A DNA stretch of 64,000 nucleotides from NCBI GenBank assembly GCA_002269645.1, contig NIVC01000069.1, positions 248,001 to 312,000 on the forward strand. Direction: 5' to 3'. Below, piece by piece: positions 25,223 to 36,921 of the stretch; position 1 is the first letter of the stretch, and the number at the start of each line of letters is the position of its first letter. The stretch comes from Macrostomum lignano. Its lineage: Eukaryota. Below the pieces are notes generated by a model, which was not told the DNA's origin, did no database searches, and worked only from the letters and a program-made list of their open reading frames with translations. The position numbers and the translations under genes were made by a program.

Positions 25223-26034
25223 ACGGTAACGAACTAAGATGTAAAATTATCTGCGCTGCTGTGAGAAGAGATAATTGATAAGAAATAATCACTATAACAC
25301 ATTTAGAAAGATCTAAGGATGGAAAATATCAAGTTTTGGCAAAACGGGGGCAAGGAGATTTGACTGAGGCAAGAAAATATGAGATTAGAGTCTGACCTAA
25401 ATGATAATTGTGTGATTGAAAAATATTATCCATTTACTATACAATGTATACCAATTTGTAATACCATATACAAACATGTTATATCTCTAAAATTCAGAAA
25501 GCTCAGATTGAACCTTAACACTTAATATTGATCCCTTGCAAATAGAGTATAAAATGAAAAAGTCTTGAAGAAGCAGTCTTATCCAAAAGTTGTGCACTGT
25601 CCCATTTAATTTCAAAAAACAGAATTCACAATTCTTACTGATATGCCAGCAATCATTTTATAGACACCTTTACAGGCACAAACAGTGAAGGCAGTTACTT
25701 ATTTGCTGCACTATTGAAATGTAAATGTGGGTACATTAAAAGTGTAAGATTTTTGTTCTCTTTTTATTTTATTTTTTGCTTGCTGTGCATTTTTAGATTT
25801 AGGAATAGAATTGATTTTTATTTTATTTTTTGCTCGCTGTGCATTTTTAGATTTAGGAATAGAATTAATTTGATGTCTCTTTTCGTAGAGAAATAAATTG
25901 TTTATTTTTCGTAGCAGTAGCTGATACTATTTTTGACAGTTTTAATAGTGCTAGTCAAATAAGCAATGCCAAATAAAAAAGTAGAAATAATAGTCATGTT
26001 AGCACTCATGTATGCACATAGTGCACATAGCCAC

Positions 26035-29000
26035 TTATGAATCAGCCTTGCGCTTGCGATGTGCTTCCTCTGGTCCCATACGGTTGAGAGAATCCTTTAC
26101 CGATGTCCAAGCTGCAGTGGCTTGGTCTCTCGAGACTCGGAAAACCTTGAAGAGCACTCCTGTTAATGAAAAAATAATATAACAGACAGTAAGTCTTCCA
26201 CTTTTAATTTTCAGATTTTAAATAACAATTAGATCATGCTTACTTCTTAGTTCATCAATAACTTCCTTGGTTGCCATCTGACTTTTGGAAGCACCAGAAT
26301 ATTCTCCGAAAATGTGAGACTGGACATATTCCTGGCCATACCGAGCACAGGCATAAGTTCGAATGTACTTGGATGTGGTCGTACGCGGAAAATCGAGCAG
26401 AGTGTGCACTTTGCCATCGCTGCCAGCAAACTCCTAGAAATACATTAAAAATGAAAATATTAATATTGATAAAATTTATCATCTTTAAATCAAATTCCAA
26501 TCATGTGCAAGTCTTCCTGATTCTTGTCTACTATGTTGCATTGGGAGAAAGGATGCTTACCTCATTCATGAATTCAGCTGCTGTTGGCAAGTGTAAAGTT
26601 GTACTGGCGCCAGTTCAGTTCTTTTTCAGCTTATGCGCGATGAAGCGCTTCAGGCCATCTATATAGGAATTTAAAAACAAATAAATAAATTTATGTCTAT
26701 TGGTGACAACTAACAAGCAAAAGTGTGACATGATACATTGTTTAAAAATTACCAACTTCTCGAAGAAATTCTTCGCGACTTAGAATGCTGCCTTCTGCCG
26801 ACCCAGCAAGCCGATTATTCTGGGTTCGTGCAGTACATGAACTAAGTAGCTCAGAAGGTAGTCCGCGCCTTTGTTCAGCAATAATTGCAGATTCTTGCCT
26901 CTTCTGCTCCTCTTGCTGTGGGTCAGTGAGTGATACACTGTGCTGACTAGCATTAGCACACAGTAATGTAGCACTGCTTGGTGACTGATGACTTTTCCTT
27001 TTAGCACTGGCAGTGGCAGTGGCAGGAGTAGAAATTCCTGCAGCAGCATTGTTGCTGCCCAATGGTGAAAATCGAACTTCAACATCTGGCTCATAAGTGC
27101 CATCACCATCCTCATCATCAGCATCTACCTCCTCATTACTATCACTCCATGAGTCCACTTGAGATGTTCTCACAAACTTTTGCATGTGCATTTCAACTGA
27201 GTCAGACAGAGATGCATTCTCTTTATGCTCTGAGATGTATGCCTCGAGCTCTTTCTCAATGGAAATTATTTTCGACCAAGACTCTGCAGCGATGAACATT
27301 CCAGCAAAGACGCCATCTTGAAGAACAAGTGGGTAGTCCTGGCCCTAAAAAGAAAAAAGTTACAATTAACAGAATGTTGAATACTGGTTACAAAATAAAC
27401 AAATCTTCAATATAACTCATCTTGAACAATTCCAATTAGAATTTTACAAACTTTTGACAGAGACAAAGATTAAATACTAAACTACAAGTACTATATTGCT
27501 TAAGATTTAAATAAATAAATAATAACAGAATTTATAATACACACCAAAAGCAAAGCATAAGTATTCATTATAGATTGATATATATAATAGGACAAGTCTC
27601 AGACTTCAAATGAAATGTCATAACCTATGGAAAATATTCTCTGTATGACTATTTATCTTAATTTTGTTTTCAGAAAGCATATGTCTAATTTGTCATGAAA
27701 TTTGAGTAAAATTACAACTGAAGTGTAAATAAAGGGATGAGTATAATTAATCAGAAAAATTAGGTAAGTTGTTGTTTGATAACTTCATTGTCAATAATTG
27801 ACAAAAATTGTCAGATACTTCTTCAGTATCTAAATAATTTATAATAGCTATACATAGTATCATTAGATAGAGATAATACTAGTCTAGCTAATATATAAAT
27901 AACTTTATAGAACATATTGACCATATACAGCAATAGTCAAGCACATAGCTAATAATAAGACTTGATATCCAACAATGCTCTTATTGTAAACCAAGCGTAG
28001 TATTTAGTCTTAACTCTTAATATAGCTAGGCAACTCTGAAAAACAAATATTTTATTAATCACCATTTTGTATCAAACACAAAGTCAAAGAATCAGATTAG
28101 CAAAAAATAAAGAGAACAATAGAATTATAGTATTTTTCTTTGTTATCCTTATATTTACAGTTGTGGTAACTTTTGTCTTTGACCTAAGGTAGTGCTTATT
28201 CAATCAGCAGTTGCCTCATTAGTCTGGTATAAATTTTGGTGCAGTATAACAAAACTTAATAATAATATTAGTTTTATTCAATATTTATTTCTTGCTCACT
28301 TTGACCTTTATGTTTTTAGAATTAGAAATTAATGTAATTAAATTATTTTTTTAATGTTTAATTATTTGTAAAACTAGTGGGTTCTATTCTCAACAGTTTT
28401 ATTATTGCCAGTTGAATAAGCACTGAATAGACAAGACCTAAAGCTAAAACAAATCTATAAAATTATCATTGGTAGCTAGGCCCTACTTGAGGATAAACAA
28501 TCGTTTGTAAAGATTATAATTTAGTTACATAGCCAGCAATTATATATACAACAAGATTTTAAGCATGTACATAGCTATCATAACATATTAGCTAATCCAT
28601 AGTGACTTAATAAGCTATAGCTACAATAAGGTTTATAAGGCAGGTTAGGCCTAGATATATTACCTGAAACAAAAGATGTAACACAACTAGCAAGTTTATA
28701 ATATAGGCATGCACAATCAATAGGAAAACAAAACTTAGCTACTAACAAGATAGCTAGCTCTTTGTGATTGAGGTCTAGCTAGGCCTAGCTAGAATAAAAA
28801 AGTAATTAATAAAGGATCTAGGCAAAAATAGTAAGAAAACAGGAAAATAGCAAGAGTAGACCTACAACAACAATTTTTTATTTTGGTTAAATAGAGTAGG
28901 CTATGTAGAAACAACAAAAAATGAAAGCTTTACATTAGGACCATTATATTTGCGAGCCATTATATTTGCGAGCCATTATATTTGGGGCTTGTGTATTTTG

Positions 29001-29361
29001 TTGTTGTTGTTGTTGTTGTTACATTAGGACCTAAGTTGAACATTACCTATGTCATTGACATTTGTCATTAATGCCATAGGCCTACATTAAAATGTGCAAT
29101 TATAGCTATATTTTTGACAACAACATGAAACATTGTACTTTGTCATTATACTTTATCACTTACAAAAGCAAAGCTGGTGGACATGCTGACGTTACTAAGA
29201 GCAACGCTTCCACGTGAAAAGTTGTGGTAAGTCTTTGTTTTTCTAATGTAGAAAAGTAAATACTTGCCATGATAAACTACATGATAGGCAGCACTATCAA
29301 TTAAACGCTCAGGAGCTTTCGATACCCTTCCAGACTTTCTTACGTCTGAGCACGATGCCAT
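26035..29361 (-). pseudogene. EnSpm accessory gene, putative C-terminal BEN-like DNA-binding domain; exons ~29361-29152, 27344-26757, 26658-~26561, 26433-26244, 26159-26035
   Basis: Splice phases fit for exons 1-2 and 4-5. Acidic, low-complexity middle, then SKYIRTYACARYGQEYVQSHIFG...KEVIDELRRVLF...AWTSVKDSLNRM, which resembles BEN helices. Exon 3 has a stop or frame problem. Domain call by eye. Confidence 0.5.
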
Positions 29362-30461
29362 TCGGACTTTTTGGATTCAGTCTAAGAAACAAAAAAGTAC
29401 AGTCTGACTGCTATGTTAAAAAGACAAAAAAGGTGCTAGTTTAAAATACACTTGCGCAGCTTTACGAGGTTGTTGCGGGTTACCGCTCGCAAGCCGACAG
29501 CTTAAAAGTGTGAACTAGAGATTGAGTAAGGAATCGTTGTTAATTTGCGGCCGTACGAATTCCTTACAACTCGATCCTTTAAGTTTAACGATCGATGCAC
29601 GTGTATTTAATCAGTTTGATTAGAACAAGCTAATGTTATATACTTAAACAAAAATTCTATTAGATTCTTAGATTTAGAGCCTTAGATTCAAGTAGAAAAA
29701 ATGTTTCATAGCATTAAATTATGTAGTTAAATACCACACTAAATATTAAACATGCATTTAGAAACATATGAACGCTGCAATTCGTCGTAAAATTGTGAAT
29801 AGTGGAATTTGAATAGGATGACAAAGTAATCTCTTGTTATTGAAGGTCGTTATAAGCAAATCTGCATTTAAAAGCTGTTCCATTAAGATAATGGAAGTCT
29901 CAGTTCTTCACTTCAGAAAAATCCAGTGATGTCCTCAAAACTATTGAAACTGATATTTAGATCAGCGCTGTGAAAAGTTCTCATTAAAATCTCATTATAA
30001 TCAGGATTGAAAATAGTGCAATTATATTGGGGTTAAAAGCGCATTATAAATTTAATTTTATATAATGCACTAAAAATGCATTTTTTCCTATTCTACATTA
30101 GAAATGTATTGTTTTTGCATTATGTGTCTCTAGGGTGTATATGTACATGTGTACAACTATCATGTACATATATGCATGACACAATTCGCGATTGCAAGTT
30201 TCATAACAAACAAAGTTGCAATTATATTTTGCTAGGAGACCTTTGTAATCTGTTGCTATATATTATATGTACGTGTACATGTACATGTACACATATATAG
30301 CAAGAAAAGAACTCTTACATGCATGAATCTTAAAAGATCCCTTCATGGGAGCAAGAACTGTTTCTCAAATCACAAACTTACATTTAATGGTTTGATCTAC
30401 TGTATTTATCTGATCGACAGAAGATTAATTTGAATGAATCTGTCATGTACGTAGTAATTTA

Positions 30462-31015
30462 TAGCATTTTGTATTAATTTGACTGCAAATTAACACTGAA
30501 AATATCATGCCTTTCATTTACAATACATACTGTTTGTAGTCAAAATAAAACGCCAACTTTTACATGTACATATGTATATCGATTAATGTAATTAAATGAC
30601 GCGCAACACAATTGAAACGTGCACTGCAGGCTGCTGTGTAGTGCGTACTTAACAAACATACATGTAAGCTTACATGAATAGTACGAGCTACATGTACATC
30701 ACCTAGCTCTAAGAAGCGACATTTTAAGTGTCGGAAGATGTGTCGGCAGAATTTAACTGTACGACACTTAATTTTCAGACACTTTTTGCAGCATTAATTT
30801 AAGTGTCGGAAAATATGTGTCGGTGAATGTCAACTGTTACGACACTTTTTTCGACACTTTTTGCGACATTTTAAGTGTCGTAAAAAGTGTCGGAAGATCT
30901 GTCTGAAAATGTGTCGGCGAAAGTTAACTGTTACGACACTTTTTCCGACATTTTAAGTGTTGTAAAAAGTGTCGGAAGATCTGTCTGAAAATGTGTCGGC
31001 GAAAGTTATACAGGT
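30462..31015 (-). repeat. Right long TIR of the 16-kb element
   Basis: Near-perfect reverse complement of 15019-15575. Confidence 0.9.
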
Positions 31016-32430
31016 GCTTTTAATTGGTACGAATTTTATTTAATTTATTTTATAAAATAAATTTCAGATCTGTCGGATTAATTGGCAACTCCCAGAAGGG
31101 AGACCCGTATCACGGATCGGAGAAGCGGTCCCGGCGAGAAATTGCCAATTGCAACGAGCGGCGTCGAATGCAAAGCATCAATTCTGGCTTCGAGTCGCTC
31201 AAGACTCTGTTGCCAACGGAAGAGGCGAAAAGTTAAGCAAGGTAAGTTTGAGGAAAATCCAGTGTATTAACGGTGTCCTAGTGTGTGTCTGGGTAATCCC
31301 TATCCCCGGCCAGCTGTTTAAACTTAGGACTTAGCCAGTGTGGCACTAATGTGCAATAGGCTAGGATTATTTTAGGGTCTGTCAGACTGCCAAGTTCCCT
31401 AAAGCACTGAAATGTACGCAATGCGTGCACTATACTACTTAGATACTTCCTCAGTAGAAATAGTAGGTTTTTGTACGCGCATTTTCTAGCTGCTCGTATG
31501 TGCACCCTAAAAAATAGTTGGAAAACCGGCCTGATTCTTAAAATAGCAAAGAATTGAGTGCCGATTTTTAACAAATCCGACTTGCTTCTATTTTAGTAAG
31601 TCACTCGTGTAAAAAAATTGTCGCACACAATTTCAACGCATTTCAGGCAGCCATTCTACAACTAACGTCCAAGTACATTCAACATCTTGTTGGCGAAAAT
31701 CGACGAATGCGCGACCAGTTGTCGCAGATGCAGCAGCAGCAGCAGCAGCCTCACATCCAGCAGGCCTCCGAGCAACTCCAGACACTGGCTAGACCCTATC
31801 GGGGCTGGCCGCCAGTGCTGGACTGTCAGGCGTGGGGTGGAAGGTCCGCTGGCCACGGACACGAAAGCTGGAATTCCGGCCCCTCTGCTGGGGTTGACCC
31901 TGGTGGACCTGGTGGCAGGCTCACCGACATGCCCTCTGCACACTCACGCGGCGACGCGGTGGTGCAAGGCCCCTGTCCTATGGTGAGCGGGACATTGACG
32001 GCTGGCTGTGCCATGTTGCAGTCAGACCGTTCCCGTAGGCCCATTGACCAGGTGACCCAGCGGGGCCGGCATCAACAACAACAACAACAACAGCAGCAGC
32101 AGCAGCAGCAACATCAGCAGCAACCGCCGCAGCAGCCTCGTAACACCGATGTGCTTCTAGCCGCATCTGATGTTGCGCTAAGAAAGCGTAAACTGCCCGC
32201 CGCTCCTGACGACAGCGACGGCGGAGGAGGAGGAGGAGGAGGCGGCGGCGGAGTCTACATTGGCTACTTCCAGCAGCAGGGCAATCACACTATTATTCGG
32301 GCGCAGCCTCAGCAGCAGCAACAGCAGCAGCAGCATCCAACCTTCCAACTAGCTGTCAAGCCTGACTATGAGCAATTCGTTATCGAACCGCCTGTTCACC
32401 AACTGCAGCAACAGCAGCAGCAACAGCATC

Positions 32431-35400
32431 GGGGCTTGGAGACGACGTCCACGACGTGCCCCTGGACCGACCGAGAAATCGCGTCGGAGTACCGACTAAC
32501 GGTCTCCCCTACCACCGAACCTGCGAAGAGATGCACACGGTGCTCAGGCTGCGAGGCGGCGACTCCACCATCGCTCCAGCCAACCACCGCAAGACACGCC
32601 GTAGCGCCCGGAAACGTCGAGACGGACGGCCCAGTGCAGAGCCGGATCAAGAGCTCCGAGCACTTCAGTTCAACGCCAACGGACTGAAAGCACGCCTCAC
32701 AGAGCTGACCCATTGGCTCGCCAAGAACCGCCCGGCCCTCGTCCTCATCCAAGAGACAAAGCTCGTGCCCGACGAGGAGTTCACCCCACCGACCGACTAC
32801 TGCATCGCAGCGCGAGTCGACGGACTCCCCTACGAGGAAACGGAGAGCGCTCGAGACGACAACACGGACACCAACAACGCCGGCACCCAACAACAGCAAC
32901 AGCAACGACCTGTGGCCCGCACCGCGACCAGGCGAGTGACGAGACCACGGTGCCGCCTCCGCTTCCCAGACGATCGGGCCAGATGGTGCCGCGGATGCCG
33001 CAGTGGACGTACCGCCTGTACCGAACGCGACGCCCCGTGGCCAGGCACAGATGCAGGCCCCGAGCAAACCGAGGCCGGAGAGCAAGAGGAGACGGGCGCG
33101 CCACTAGCCGGGAAAAAACCAAAAAGGCAAAAAAAACCAACCGGCAGGGGCGGCGTCCTGATCTTGACTCGCTCGGACGTGAGGTACAGCACACTACCCA
33201 CGATTCCACAGGACCAAGGCAAACTCGATGCGGCCGCCATCGTCCTTCACATCACCGGCAAGTCCCCCATCACCGTCGTCAATATTTACGCCCCGCCAAC
33301 CAGTGCCCAGCGCCAGGACACTTGGACTCCGAACTTCGACACTCTGCCCGTGGGCCCCAACTCCATCATCTGTGGCGACTTCAACGGCCACGGCTGCTGG
33401 GACAAGTGGACCGATGAAGACGCTAGGGGACACCGTATCGAACACTGGATTGCGATTAACGGCCTCCACGTCTGTAACGGAACCAGCCATACCAGGAGCA
33501 GCCCGAGCAGCGGATCCCGGAGCTCACCCGATCTGACGCTGGCAAAGGGCTTTCCGACCGCGATCATCCCGGCGGGTTGGAGAACCGAAAAGGATATGGG
33601 CAGCGATCACCTCCCTATCACCTTCCCGCTGGCAATGGCGAGGCGCGAACTCAAGCACGGTATCACTCGCTGGAGCTTCGCCAAGGCCGACTGGCCCGCC
33701 TTCAGACAACACCTAGCCGACATCCAAGGACCCCAGGACTGGGGCGACGTGGACTCTGAACACGCGACCCTCTGCGCCGACATCATCGAGGCCGCCACTC
33801 AGACGATCCCCAGAGGCAGCCCCAAAATCAACCGCTGCCCCTTCTGGACCCCAGACTGTGAAATCACCCGACAAGCCTGCATCAGAGCAAGGGCCACGGC
33901 CGAGTCCGACCCGACCCCAGAGAACCTCGCGGCTTACAACGCAGCTCGACATGCCGCCAGCAATACCATCCGCAAAGAGCGCAGAGGCTTCCTGGAAGAC
34001 CGCGCCAGCGAAATGACGGTCGACAGCAACCTCTTCCGGCTCCTGCGCGCAGCCAGAGGAGATACGCCAGTCCCGCGCGGCAAAGTCGATATCACCCGGA
34101 AATCGGTCGACGGTGTCGAGCTCCGACCGGCGCGCACCGACAAAGAAAAGGCAGACACTTTCTGCCAAATCTACGCCGCTGCCGCCAGGGTCCCCGCCGA
34201 AAGGAGGACTACAAGATCCGCTACGAGGCAAGACGCGCCAGGAGATGACCAGTCCAGCCGCCGGTACCCTTCACTCTCCTGGAGCTCAGATCAGCTATTC
34301 GACAACTCAAATCCGGCAAAAGCGCCGGGGAAGACGGCGTTACCAACGAGATGCTCAAACGCCTCCCACCGGCCACCGACCAACGCCTCCTGGACCTCAT
34401 CAACAGCACGTGGATACAACAGCGCTGCCCCTGAAGCTGGAGGTCGGCAATCATCATCCCAATTGTAAAAAAAGGAAAAGACGCCACCCTCCCAACATCC
34501 TACCGACCGGTGGCCCTTACGAGCTGCATCGCCAAATGCGCGGAGAGGATGGTGCTCCAAAGACTCAACCGCCAGCTCGAAACCAACGGCTCCCTGTCCC
34601 CGGCACAAGCTGGATTCCGCAGAGGCCGCAGCACCGAGGAGCAGCTCGCCAGGGTCTGTCAGGACATCTTCGACGGCCTGGAGCGCTCTCCACCGCACAG
34701 GAGCATCCTCGCGTGCATGGACTTCAAAGGAGCCTACGAAACGGTCTGGAAGGAAGGCCTCGCTGTGAAGATGACTCGAGCAAAGATCGACCAGAACACC
34801 ATCGGCTGGACGGAAGCCTTCCTTTCCGACCGACGCGCAAGAGTCCGCTTCGGGCGCACCCTGAGTCGCCAGCGCGTCTTCCGAGAGGGACTTCCGCAAG
34901 GCTCGGTTCTGGCGCCAACTCTCTGGAACATCTACGTGAATGACCTAGAAGAGGCAGTCACGACAGCAGCGCCGGACTGCGGTATCAGCCTCTACGCCGA
35001 TGATTTGGCTGTCCTCAGCACCCAGCCCTCACTGGCGAGCTGCGGAGCCAGGATACAACCGGCACTCGACGCTATAGCCAACTGGACCAAGGAGTGGAAA
35101 ATCACCCTGAGTACCAGTAAGTGCAACTACTCAACTTTCACGCTCGCCCCCAACGAGGTGAACGGCAAGCTCCGGGTCCCGCTCGAGCTAGCCGGCGAGC
35201 CACTTCAGTTTGAAGAAAACCCGACCTTCCTGGGCCTCATCCTGGACTGCCAGCTGAACTTCGCGAAGCACGCAGCCAAAGTCTGCCGCCGCATGAGCCG
35301 ACGCCGACGCGCTCTCACCGACCTCGCGAACCGCACGATAGGAGCCACCCAGGAGGTGCTCCGGACGGCCTACCAGGCAACCATCCGCGCCGTGGCCGAA

Positions 35401-36799
35401 TACGGATGCGGAGTCTGGGGAGCCAGCGCGGCACCAAGTACCAAACTGCTCATCGAACAGCAACAGAACAACTGCGCAAGAATCATCACCGGATGTATGC
35501 TCCCAACTCGAACCACGGAGCTGCTTCGGACGGCCAACCTCCCCCCCTTTGGCCACACCATCCTGGAACGCGCCGCCTGCCTTCGAGAACGGGTGCTGCG
35601 CCTCCCGGAGGACGTCCCAGCACACCGGACTGCGGCCAGAGACACCACCAGCAGACTACGAAATCGCGCCTACGAGAGCGCCCGCCGGCAAGAAGAGGCA
35701 AATTTTAACGCGCTACTAGACAACGACTACAAGCGCCCTTTCCGCGGCTGCTGGCGGCGAATCGCGAGAGAAATCACCGATCCCAGCGGCCTCGAGGACC
35801 GGCCCAGAGAGCCGTTCCCACCACCGCCGCCCGACCTGACACACCTCGCGCTGAAGCAGTACAGCCCGACTTTCGACCTCACCCTCGCCGACGGCTGCGG
35901 CAGAGCAGTCCCGACGAGTGTCCGCCGCGACAGGGCGATGTCAGCTCTTGAGCAGCTGACACCCTGCGACATCGACGCGTGGACGGACGGCAGCGTCAAG
36001 GAGGGCATCAACGACGCAGGGGCGCCGCGGTGGTCTGTACCCGCCTCTGGTGCCAAAAGATCACCGCCCCGGCCGGCCGGATCGCATGCAGCTTCCAGGC
36101 GGAGATGGTCGCGATCAGCGCCGCCCTCGACTACATTATTCAACTCCCGCCAGAGCACGGCCTTACAGTGCGGATCCTCAGCGACTCCAAATCTGCAATC
36201 ACGGCCCTCCACAGCGGCCCCAGCAGGCAGGACACCACCGCCGGAAGCCGCTGCTGGGAGGTACTGGCCCACATGTCGCGCCCGTGCGACTTCGTCTGGG
36301 TCCCGGCCCACTGCGACGTCCCGGGCAACGAACAAGCAGACCGCTGCGCCAACGAAGCTAGACGCGGCCAACACCAGGACGAACCCATTACGCTGCAGGC
36401 CGCCAAGGCCGCCATACGACGCGCGCGGTCCGCTCGCGACCAGGAACTGCTTGGACGGCCCTGGCAACGACCACCACGACACCTGACCAGGAAAGAAACG
36501 GTGGCGATAATTCAACTCAGAGCCGGGTGCTCCACCCTGGCCGGGGCCACACGTCACCGGGTCGGCCTGACTGAGAACGCCAGCTGTCCCGACTGCGGGG
36601 CGCCTGACACGGAGGAGCATATTATCCTGGAATGCCCACGAGGCGACGCCCTTCGGGCGAGCACAGAGGACGAGAGGGACATCCGTGACGACCCGGAGCG
36701 CCTTCTCGCCCTCCTTCGCAGGTTGGGGCGCCTCTGAGCGCCCTCCCCCCAGCTGCCAACGGCAGCGTTGCGGGGCGGTGGAAGAAAAGAAGAAGAAGA
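32431..36799 (+). mobile_element. Full-length Ingi-type (I group) LINE, copy A: APE-RT-RNase H-CCHC, decayed
   Basis: TSD AGCAACAGCATC (32419-32430, 36800-36811); GGGG 5' end; (GAA)n tail; QFNANG, QETKL, GDFNGH, SDHLPI, GLPQGSVL, LYADD, WTDGS, WVPAH, CPDC..H...C. At least two frameshifts and a TGA near 34430. Confidence 0.9.
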
Positions 36800-36921
36800 A
36801 GCAACAGCATCAGCAGCTTCCCCTGCCTACAAAGCCTAAGCGACTCGAGCACCTAATGATGGCCATCGAACGCATCGAAGGCCAATCAAATCTGCAGCAG
36901 CAGCAGCAGCAAGAGCAGAAT

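Noticed and set aside
25745-25875. ~55-bp direct dimer; also 16-bp x3 at ~28945 and a ~50-bp dimer at ~13905
   Set aside because: Ordinary local slippage duplications.
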